Positions 50,301-61,300 of a DNA stretch of 64,000 bases are shown piece by piece. Source of the DNA: Macrostomum lignano (lineage: Eukaryota); assembly GCA_002269645.1 (NCBI GenBank), contig NIVC01001187.1, positions 310,001 through 374,000 on the forward strand, in the 5' to 3' direction. Every line of letters starts with the position of its first letter. The first letter of the stretch is position 1. Both the position numbers and the translations under genes were made by a program. The notes under the pieces were generated by a model. The model was not told the origin of the DNA. It ran no database searches and saw nothing but the letters and a program-made list of their open reading frames with translations.

Positions 50301-51716
50301 ATAGTAATAATACCTTACTTAGTATTTTGTGCCCTATTCAAAATTTTCTAAATTTGCACCTACAATCAATTGTATAGTCATAGGCCCTAATGTTAAGCTA
50401 TGTGCATATTTAAAGAGATAACAATAATTGAGACAGAGTGTATATATCTATATCTATAAAAATGCAAATATAAAACTATATCAAAATGCAGCAGATTAGG
50501 CCTATTAAGTAAAAAAATAAAGGAGTACTGGATAAATAATGATTTTATTTACCTATTAGTATTAAAAAATATAAGCAACAAATTTATGTGTATAATATTG
50601 GATAAATATTTACTGCTATCTAATAAAGCCTTCAATCTTTTTAATTTTTGTTTCAATATATTTTTTAGTTGACTAACATTAAATATAACATATAATATTT
50701 ATAGTTTTATTGAAACTCATTAGGCTGCTAAATTATTTTTTTCAAAGCAACAGTTTTTTTGTTTTAAAAGATAGAAAATATACATATGTAACTATTATTT
50801 TTGCCTAGGCTTAGGGTGTTAGGTCCATTAAAACTCAATTGATATTTAGAAATTTAGGGCATAAGTTAGAAAGTACAAGCCTAGTCTAAAGGGTAGGATA
50901 TAATTGACTTTAGGTATAATAAATATTATTATATTAAGGATTTAATAAATAATTGTTCTAGTGATAATATGCATTGTATAATATCTGGTCTTATGTATTA
51001 AGCTAGTATTGTTAGATATGGTAAATATATTCCTATAACAATATCTATATGTTTTGCATAAAACCTCTAGATAAACCTTCCCATAGCTATATATATAGCT
51101 CTAATATATAATACCAATCAATCTGGTTAGGTATATTGTAGAACCAATCAACCAAGTACCAGCATTTTAAGGGGTAGAAAGAATAAAAAATATCAACAAA
51201 TGAATGAAACAGACAAGAGAAAACTAGAAAAAAAGAAGAGTGGCTTATACAAGTCATTAAAAACCAACAAATCAAAAGTGAAAAGAGCATTAAATACTTG
51301 TTGTTAAAGCCAAAGAAAAAGGATTTAAATTGCATAGTATGCCAATATATTTTTATTTTGAAAAATTATAAGAAAGTTTACCTGCTTTTTAAAAATTTAA
51401 TAATAAAGTAGATTGCTAAAATATATAAACTTAAAGTGACTAAAGTTCCATATTTTATATAATTCCTATTTCACTTAAAGTACAAATAATTGATTGAGAT
51501 TCATACATGCGCAACAGTCGGCCGAGTCGGCCGATCCGGCCGACCGATTTGGCGGCCAACCAAGTAAGTCGCAAAATTGATTAACCGCCAAAAAAAACGA
51601 AAAAACAAAAGACGAAAAAGGGGAAAGGAAAAGGAAAAAACGAAAAAAAGGGAGCAAAGAGAAAGAGAAAAACACAAAAAGAGTTGTAAGTGCTGTAAGT
51701 TGCAGCACTGAAGACA

Positions 51717-52618
51717 AGGTAAGTCGCACCGAGGGCGAGCTAAGTCGCACCGAGGGCAAGCTAAGTCGCAGCAGGACCGAGCTAAGTCGCATCGAGGGCG
51801 AGCTAAGTCGCACCGAGGGCAAAATAAGTCGCACCGAGCGAGAGCTAAGTCGCACTAAGTCGCAGCAGGACCGAGCTAAGTCGCACCGAGGGCAAGCTAA
51901 GTCGCAGCAGGACCGAGCTAAGTCGCACCGAGGGCGAACTAAGTCGCACCGAGCGAGAGCTAAGTCGCACTAAGTCGCAGCAGGACCAAGCTAAGTCGCA
52001 CCGAGGGCGAGCTAAGTTGCAGCAGGACCGAGCTAAGTCGCACCGAGGGCGAACTAAGTCGCACCGAGCGAGAGCTAAGTCGCACTGAGGGCGAGCTATG
52101 TCGCAGCAGGACCGAGCTAAGTCGCACTAAGGGCGAGCTAAGTCGCACCGAGGGCAAAATAAGTCGCACCGAGCGAGAGCTAAGTCGCAGTAAGTCGCAG
52201 CAGGACCGAGCTAAGTCGCACCGAGGGCGAGCTAAGTCGCAGCAGGACCGAGCTAAGTCGCACCGAGGGCGAACTAAGTCGCACCGAGCGAGAGCTAAGT
52301 CGCACTAAGTCGCAGCAGGACCGAGCTAAGTCGCACCGAGGGCGAGCTAAGTCGCACCGAGCGAGAGCTAAGTCGCACCGAGGGCGAGCTAAGTCGCAGC
52401 AGGACCGAGCTAAGTCGCATCGAGGGCGAACTAAGTCGCACCGAGCGAGAGCTAAGTCGCACTAAGTTGCAGCAGGACCGAGCTAAGTCGCACCGAGGGC
52501 GAGCTAAGTCGCACCGAGCGAGAGCTAAGTCGCACTGAGGGCGAGCTAAGTCGCAGCAGGACCGAGTAAGTCGCAGCAGGGCCGAGGTAAGTCGCAGCAG
52601 GACTGAGTTAAGTCGCAG
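51717..52618. repeat. Subterminal array of about 45 TAAGTCGCA-cored units (mostly 21 bp) inside the hAT end
   Basis: Units GCTAAGTCGCACCGAGGGCGA / GCTAAGTCGCAGCAGGACCGA; the same core occurs singly near the other end and in the 7925 MITE. Confidence 0.95.
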
Positions 52619-52967
52619 AGCATCTTTAGGATTATTAGGATAGGATTAGTTTAGGATGAATTTAATGTATCACTTACTAGGGTGTAGGCTACGTGTGCAT
52701 TAACGCATCAATTTGAAAAATTAAGAATTACGAAGCCAGAAATGGCTAAGGAATAGAAATAGGGATAGAATAACTTATAAGCAGTAATTTTTCAGCCCTA
52801 TTACAATTGCAAATCATACTTTTAATAATATTTAATTAGCAAATTAAAACTGCAAGATTCTAACGGTCTTATATATGAACTTAGAAGAACTGTAGTCTTA
52901 ATGATTATGCATGTACCATTGTAATAATTGATTAAAATTGTAGCAGATTAAAACTGATAAAAAACTT

Positions 52968-55361
52968 TCAAAATAGTCCACTTAGCAAATCAGAATCAGA
53001 ATCTTTAATTTCCTCGTCTACGTTGGATTCTTTTTGCCGTTGACCTCCAGGAGCATCAGAACGCCAGTGTTTTTTCAGCCAATCATTGACATAAATATCC
53101 GGCTTAAATTTCATCAGCGGAGGCCCATTTATTCGAATCCGTAGTAGATGCTCCAATGTTTTTGGTGCCAAGCGTGTTCTCCTGTCATAGGCAATGTGCT
53201 TATAGATAGAAAACCCTCTTTCAGCCTCAGCTGATGATATTGGCAAAGTTAACACAACCATAATTAGATTCTTTATTCTGGGCAGCCATTCAACAGTTCT
53301 TGTCTCTAGAAAGTGATAGAAAGTGACTCCAAAATTTCACCGGACCTTTGCCTTTGTAGGCACAGAAGTCAACACTATGCGAAGTGATCAAACTTTTTAG
53401 GAGTAGACCGAACTGACCAGAGATTGTCCTTTCTGTAGCGCGTTCTGAAGCATCTGCATCTCTAGAGTCTGAATCAGAAAGATGGTCCTCTGTTTCAGAT
53501 TCAGAGCTGTCATCTTCCATTCCAAACCGTCTAGCAAGAGGTATGATTCTCGAACTGTATGTAAAGACAGTATGTAATGTTTCAGCATTAGGCAATAACA
53601 CTGGGTTGAGCACATTAAATATTGAGTAGTCATCCTCAGGAAAATAATTACGCAGCTGATCAATTATGCTATCAATGATTCGACTGCGAATCTCATCCAG
53701 TGCTGGATAAGCTCCCATGTCAACAACACTGCCACGTCCACTAGCATCAAATAATCTATTTCTTAGAGATCTGTCTGCAGCAGAACCTGGTTGCTTCAAC
53801 TCAAACCTCTCTGTTGGATCGCTGCTTCCAGGGCCGGAAGGACAAGCAAAGTTAGAATAAGATAGGTCTCTTGTGTGACATCCTGAATGGTATTCCAGCT
53901 GCGGATATCCATCTGCAGTTCCCAAAACTCGACGACACTTGCAGGAAGCCAAAAAGTCCACAATGCGAGGACCATTGTTCGTTTTTAAGGTTTCTAGTGA
54001 ATGGATAAGGTTAGTGTGGCGTTCTTGCAAGCCAATAAATGTACCCTTGGCTCTTTGAAACTGCAAGGACTCAAATTCCAGTAATTTTAGAATGTCCATG
54101 AGAAATAGATGTAATGAATAATACCGGACATTTTGCAATGTTTTCAATAATCCAGAGGCAGTTGCTTTACTTTCGTCATCAAAGCCTGAGGAAGGTGATT
54201 TGATATTTTCTAAATTTGTCAGAAGCAAGTAGTACGACTTTCGAATCACATCAAGAGCAGACACTTCCGATGCAACCCACCTGATGCGATATATTCTTTT
54301 TAATTCATAGAAAACCAAGTTGAGTGCTTCCGAAGTTTGTGCCAAAGATGCCTTACGTTTAACAGTGTGGCTCATATAAAATTTGTGTAGAGAATTTATA
54401 TTCTTATCGAGATGTTGCATAAATGGGAAGATTTCAAAGGCATGATAGATTGAAAGTTCTAACTTATGCGCTGCACAATGGTGCTGAAAAAATTGTTTGC
54501 TAGCCCAAGGCCTCAGTTGACTTATTAATCCCACTCGACTTCCTGTCATTACGGATGCACCATCAGTTGTCACCCCCATAGCCTTCGTTTGATTTCATCT
54601 TCTAGCTTGTCATCCGAAAATAAACGGATGAGAAGTTCATAAATGCTTCGTCCAGTCTCTACTTCAGTCAGACGTTTAAACCGATAAAAAACATCAAAGG
54701 TTGGCTGTTTTCAAGAACTCTGAAGTATATCATGACGTAGCTGTTTGAATGAATATCAGACGTTGTATCTAGTACAATAGAAATCGGAAGATTGTCAGCA
54801 CTTTTAATGTAATTCACAAATGTCCGATGCATTGTATTACTGATTGATTCCACCATTGCTGCGGCACTTTTGCGATGCTTATGATGGCTCCCCATATCCA
54901 ACCCATTTTTTACTTGTAAATCAATCATATTTGGATGAGCACTGAATGGAATATTAGATTTGACTTCGGCATAAACTGTTGTCAAAACTCGGGCTGTTAT
55001 TTCATCTCGTTTAGTTTTAGCTAGTCTAGCGGCCTCATTCATCTGTTTGAGTTGCTTTGCAAGAACTGAAGTATGTTTTTCCTTCATCCACTTTATGGCG
55101 TCACTGTAAAGTGTATTTGATGAATGTTCCTGTAGTTTTCTTCGTACGCTATCTTTTGCATGACCTTTGGGAATGTAGCCTTGTTCTGTTGCAAAAGTTA
55201 ACTTACGTTGGCTCTCTAGATTTGTCTCCTTTTTCTTATGTGCATTCAAAAATTTTCTGCAGATCCGACATTGTATTCCAGATCTTGATAGATCTTCGGT
55301 GTTTTGAACATATTGAAACCATGTCTTCATTTCTTGTGACACAAATTTTCTTGAAAATGAT
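52968..55361 (-). pseudogene. hAT transposase exon (ZNF862/C17orf113-like), three frameshifts (~54688, ~54580, ~53292)
   Basis: Zn-finger-like CRIC; first acidic motif SIVLDTTSD; TTDGASVMTG; CxxH motif HCAAHKLEL; IRWVAS; C-terminal dimerisation region LPISSAEAERGFS and RTRLAPKTLEHLLRIRINGP. Confidence 0.92.
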
Positions 55362-55492
55362 CTGCAATGGTCAAATTAGAGAATATTTTGGGATTTGGAC
55401 TATTTGTGAGTATCTAAAAGCAATATGCTAATAAGTGCAATACACAGTACACTATACATTAATTTACAGTTCGTCAGTTTCCATTTACTTAC

Positions 55493-57120
55493 TGTGACTG
55501 GTGCATCTCCAAAGAATGTAACCACTCCTCTCAAAAACCAGATGTATCCTCCCAGTCCTTTTTAGGGAAAACTTCAATATTTTCGCCCATCATAGAGGAA
55601 GACGAGGGCTTTGATGCTGAAGTGGCTAGACATGCGTCTGCAGATGTGCTTATGCATGGTATTTTTCTTTGCGATGGCCCTGCTTCTGCAGTATTTACTT
55701 GTACTATTTCAACATCACCTGAACCCCTTGAGTCGCTCGAATCTAAATCAACAATAGGACTTTGGCAAAGTGATCGTTTCGTTGATTGTCTTTGAATATT
55801 TACTTGCCTAATAATTTCCACTTGTAGTTTGCTTGTTTGCTGGTCATTCTCCAACAACTCTCTTCTTTCCTGTACATTTGCAGCAGAGCAAAAATTAGAA
55901 GTTTCTGCAGCAGCAGTTTGAACAGCATGATCTCGATTAGCTGCTATTTGCTCTGAAAATTCATAGGACCTGGCCAATTCACTACGGTGTGAGCTTTCAG
56001 AACATGGAGCTGGAGCAGGAGCTAGTCGCATTTCGATTCTTTCTGTTGCTGATGAAGCAGATGCTAATGCTGAGTCTGCCAATGTACCTGCTTCTCTTGA
56101 AGGTGTATTTATGATGGCTTCAATATTGTCCTCTAAAATCCAATGAGCACCTGAGCAGTCATTTTCTCTACCTGGAGTCAACTGTCCAAGTTTCCACCTT
56201 GTAAAAAGCAAAGGCTTTCGTAACTCACTGCCGGATTCAGGGCACCGGTTTATTGAATAGTCCTCATGACCAAGTTCATCCCATTCTCTTGCTGGCTTTA
56301 AGATGTAGTTGGGCTTGTCTCTTAGCCTACGATAAATGGACTCAAAAAATGTGCACCTGTTATTTTGCGTACTTCGTGCATAGATGATCATGTAATGCAC
56401 ATTGTTCCTAATAATTTCAGCTAATGAGTTATCAATGATAATTTTATCTTCATAAACAGGTCTTCTTTGTGTTGCATGCATTTTAGCTAGTCGCAGTTTT
56501 CCAATGCTACTGGCAGTTGTGGAACTTGAACTGTCCGTTTCTGATCTAGAAAAGTCTCGTTGATACAAGAGAATAATGGCCATAGCACTTTTACCATTCC
56601 CATTCTTTAATGCATTTGGTTCTGTTGGAATTGTCTTACTAGCAGACTTGAAAAAATCAATGATGGATGACTGCGATGATCCACTAGGAGCGGAACTTGG
56701 CAGCCCATGTCTAGTTTTTCCCTGATACCCAATAGATGTATCGGTAAAAAACATATCTGCTGCTTCCTGCTTCTCTTTTGATGCAATAACAAAGAAACTG
56801 CTGTCCGTTTTGAAGCCCGAGGACCGATAGAAGTCAGCAGAAAATGAAACCACAGGTCGTCTAAAATCGCCGCTATATTCTTGAACTCCAATCAGAAGAA
56901 AATCACGGAGTCTCACTGGCACTGATCCTAATAGCATTGCAGTTGTGGAACAAACTTTCTTCAGCTCAATGAACTCTGAAAATTCTTGAGATCCAATATT
57001 AGGCTCATCAGTATTTAACTCATTTATAACAATTGAGCACTCACTCTCAGCTAGAATACCATTGATAGCTAGGATGCCACTTAGAATCAGTAGGCAAAGA
57101 CAACTAAGGCTGTACATCAT
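55493..57120 (-). CDS. Signal peptide + lamin-tail-domain-like module + low-complexity linker; upstream exon of the transposon gene (TGA at 55531-55533)
   Basis: ATG at 57120 directly after acceptor TTTCACAG. Signal peptide MMYSLSCLCLLILSGILAINGILA. LTD-like motifs SIVINELNTD..EFIELK, NALKNG..AIILLY, DYSINRCP, TPGRENDC. A phase-2 GTAAGT donor at 55492 and TTGCAG acceptor at 55362 join it in frame to the transposase exon. Confidence 0.75.
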
Positions 57121-57564
57121 TCTGTGAAAGATTAAGTCGAGTATATGATTTTGGTGATAAAATAAAATTGATTTATGAGTATTACTATATAAATAAAACA
57201 TTTAAAAGCCCTTACCTTTACCAATTCATGTACAGAAAGTAAGTGTAAATACAACCAATTGCCTTGGTAGTTTAGTTATATGCTCGTATCAGATGCAGGC
57301 AGACAGCATAGGCTGCCAAGGTGCTATAAGTTAAGGTTAACTTTCACTATTTGGCTTTACAGACTGCTTTTATCGCTGCATGCATTGACTTAGCCTTAGC
57401 TTGTGCCATCATACTCATACAGCTATATATACATATGTATCTCTGCCACTCCCCACTTTTGCAACCTTACACTGTACAATCATGCCTAAAACACTCCGTG
57501 TCAAGTGTACTGTTCTAGTGCCACATGGGGTACAAATACGATTAGGAATGACAAGAGTCAAAAC

Positions 57565-57851
57565 CATACATGCACAATAGTTGGCCGATATGGACGACTG
57601 ATTTGGCGGCCAACCAAGGTAAGTTGCAAAAATGCCCACCCAAATAAATACCAAAGTAGTATTAAGTAGCTGACGAAGCATTTTGCCTTAATAAAGACAG
57701 TCATAGTTACTCCTGCCGTTTACCCAAAGTTGCGTTAATTTTGCTTTCAGGTTTTTTTCATGTAAGTCGCATTTTTGGCCGAAAACTACGTCGCATTTTT
57801 GTTAAAACTAAGTCGCACGGCCGACCAAATTTTGGAGGTTGCGCATGTATG
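57565..57851. mobile_element. Complete MITE-like module forming one end of the large hAT element
   Basis: Begins with a TIR copy CATACATGCACAA. Shares GGTAAGTTGCAAAAATGCCCA and AAAGACAGTCATAGTTACTCCTGCCGTTTACCCAAA with the 7925-8190 MITE. It has no TSD of its own. Confidence 0.85.
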
Positions 57852-58322
57852 TTGAGATTCTTGACATTTGAAGACTTCTGCAACTCATATGGGTCAGATA
57901 AGCTCAGCAATATTGTGGATAGAGTAGAGATGCTAATATATGATTTTGTAATTTTAACTGATCCCAGATGGCATCCTGACTTTAAACCCCATGAAAACCC
58001 AGTTTTAATAATTTTTGTTCAAAAATGAATTATGATTATTGACTAATACAAATCATACTTCAAAGCATTCCTTTTGCTAATTTAAAGAAAATTTGTACAT
58101 GCTGTTAATTTTATAGGCATATTTAGTGACCCATTTTAATGATTTTTTTTTAAGATTATTCACTGTCATTAAACTATTCTCACTAAATTCATGAGCTCTA
58201 ACTATAACTTAAATTTGAGTTTTTTGCTTAACTTTAAAAAATCAGAAGCACACAGATCCTGCGCAGGAATCCAGTGTGCACTTGTCTGCTAGCTTAATAA
58301 AGCAGTCAGACAGGCAAGACCA

Positions 58323-61300
58323 ATGAAGATAGATCGGAGCCGCCTTCCCGGACACTGCGGCTGCGAGGAGGCCGACTGCAAGGCCCTAGTGGACTGGCTT
58401 CGGACAGCGCCAGACGCCGACTTCCTGGCCCGCATCAAAGGCATCACGCACTGGGTCTGGGGCAAGTGCGAGCTGGGCCTGTGGGCCGACGTGCTGGACA
58501 GGTTCGATGCTTTCTTAGAAACCGCCTGCGAGCCGGCCTACAAGGACACCGGCGCCGCTGCGGCCACCGCGGCAGCAGCTTCACAGGCGGCCGCCTCGTC
58601 TGGTGCCAACGAGGCAGAAGGCGCCACCGCTGCTACAGCCAGCATGACCTGGACTCTGGCTGTTGATCTGCCCGAGAATGGGAAGCTGGCTTCCGCCGTG
58701 TGCTCCATCATGGATTTCACATCGCTGCTGGTTGAGCACGCTGTTTATCGATCGCTATATGGGTCTTTTGATCGGCTGCTCACTCTGTTCCAGGTGAGGT
58801 TGTGTGTTTGTATTCTGGCACTTTGTGGCGCCAACTGCTGATGGTCAGGCTGTTTGTGGCGCCAAGTGCTGATGGTCAGGCTGTTTGTGGCGCCAAGTGC
58901 TGATGGTCAGGCTGTTTGTGGCGCCAAGTGTTGATAGTTAGGTTGTTTGTGGCGCCAACTGCTGATGGTCAGGGGTGTTTGTGGCGCCAACTGCTGATGG
59001 TTAGGTTGTTTGTGGCGCCAACTGCTGATGGTCAGGCTGTTTGTGGCGCCAACTGCTGATGGTCAGGGGTGTTTGTGGCGCCAACTGCTGATGGTCAGGG
59101 GTGTTTGTGGCGCCAACTGCTGATGGTTAGGTTGTTTGTGGCGCCAACTGCTGATGGTCAGGCTGTTTGTGGCGCCAACTGCTGATGGTCAGGGGTGTTT
59201 GTGGCGCCAACTGCTGATGGTCAGGGGGTTTGTGGCGCCAACTGCTGATGGTCAGGCTGTTTGTGGCGCCAACTGCTGATGGTCAGGCTGTTTGTGGCGC
59301 CAACTGCTGATGGTCATTCTGTTTGTGGCGCCAACTGCTGATGGTTAGGTGTGTTTGTGGCGCCAACTGCTAATGGTCAGGGGGTTTGTGGCGCCAACTG
59401 CTGATGGTCAGGGGTGTTTGTGGCGCCAACTGCTGATGGTCAGGGGTGTTTGTGGCGCCAACTGATGATGGCCAGAGTGTTTGTGGCGCCAACTAAGAAT
59501 CGTCGAGATGTTTGAAACTGGAAATCCAATTGTGAGATCTGTGTATACAAAAGTTTTTTTGTAAATAAAATCTTATAAATCTCGATAACGATCCCCCTTT
59601 ATCGCGCAGTCCCGCCGGTACGACGTGACTCTCTCCGTTCTGGGCCTTCTGTTGTCATTCGCGAAGTCCTCCACCCAGCTGGAGCAGCTGGACCCAACGG
59701 TGCGCACCCAGCTCTACACCGTGCTGTACTCGCTGTCCCGCTCCTGGTGCGGCCCGGCCAGCCCCTGGCGCCTGGCCGACTGGGCCCAGGACGGCTTCTC
59801 GCATGCGCCGCCGCGCAGCCTGCTGGTGCCCTGCCGGACAGGCTCGGCCAGGGACGCCTTCGTCTGCGAGCTGCGCATGGAGCCTGGCGGGGCCACGCCT
59901 GGCGATCCGTGCGCTCACATGGAGCTGCTGCTGCGCAACGAGCCACGGCTTGCTGCCCCCGACCTCATGCAGGTGAGCAGTGGCTGTAAATTTCTGGTTT
60001 AAATTGTGGAAATTGCACAAATCTCTGTGTTCAAATGGTGGAAATTGCTCAAATCTCTGTGTTCAAATGGTGGAAATTGCTCAAATCTCTGTGTTCAAAT
60101 GGTGGAAATTGCTCAAATCTCTGTGTTCAAATGGTGGAAATTGCTCAAATCTCTGTGTTCAAATGGTGGAAATTGCTCAAATCTCTGTGTTCAAATGGTG
60201 GAAATTGCTCAAATCTCTGTGTTCAAATGGTGGAAATTGCTCAAATCTCTGTGTTCAAATGGGGGAACTGCTCAAATCTCTGTGTTCAAATGGGGGAACT
60301 GCTCAAATCTCTGTGTTCAAATGGTGGAAATTGCTCAAATCTCTGTGTTCAAATGGTGGAAATTGCTCAAATCTCTGTGTTCAAATGGGGGAACTGCTCA
60401 AATCTCTGTGTTCAAATGGGGGAACTGCTCAAATCTCTGTGTTCAAATGGTGGAAATTGCTCAAATCTCTGTGTTCAAATGGTGGAAATTGCTCAAATCT
60501 CTGTGTTCAAATGGTGGAAATTGCTCAAATCTCTGTGTTCAAATGGGGGAACTGCTCAAATCTCTGTGTTCAAATGGGGGAACTGCTCAAATCTCTGTGT
60601 TCAAATGGTGGAAATTGCTCAAATCTCTGTTTAAATGGGGGAATTGCTCAAATCTCTGTTTAAATGGGGGAATTGCTCAAATCTCTGTGTTCAAATGGGG
60701 GAATTGCTCAAATCTCTGTGTTCAAATGGGGGAATTGCTCAAATCTCTGTGTTCAAATGGGGGAACTGCTCAAATCTCTGTGTTCAAATGGGGGAATTGC
60801 TCAAATCTCTGTGTTCAAATGGGTGAATTGCTCAAATCTCTGTGTTCAAATGGGGGAATTGCTCAAATCTCTGTTCAAATGGAAGAATTGCTCAAATCTC
60901 TGTTTAAATGGGGGAATTGCTCAAATCTCTGTGTTCAAACGAGGGGAATTGCTCAAATCTCCCGTGTTCAAACGAGGGGAATTGCTCAAATCTCCCGTGT
61001 TCAAACGAGGGGAATTGCTCAAATCTCCGTGTTCAAACGAGGGGAATTGCTCAAATCTCCCGTGTTCAAACGAGGGGAATTGCTCAAATCTCCCGTGTTC
61101 AAACGAGGGGAATCGCTCAAATCTCCGTGTTCAAACGAGGGGAATTGCTCAAATCTCCGTGTTCAAACGAGGGGAATTGCTCAAATCTCCCGTGTTCAAA
61201 CGAGGGGAATTGCTCAAATCTCCCGTGTTCAAACGAGGGGAATTGCTCAAATCTCTGTGTTCAAATGGGGGAACTGCTCAAATCTCTGTGTTCAAATGGG

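Larger units (their letters stand above)
51502..57851 (-). mobile_element. 6350-bp hAT DNA transposon carrying a signal peptide/LTD-like module joined to the transposase gene
   Basis: Perfect 14-bp TIRs CATACATGCGCAAC (51502) and GTTGCGCATGTATG (57838-57851); perfect 8-bp TSD TTGAGATT (51494-51501, 57852-57859); hAT transposase inside. Confidence 0.96.

Noticed and set aside
48850-51335. Short AT-rich ORFs (48850-49182, 51087-51335) as genes or Penelope remnants
   Set aside because: No convincing motif, codon bias or exon chain; the GIY-YIG resemblance is too weak.
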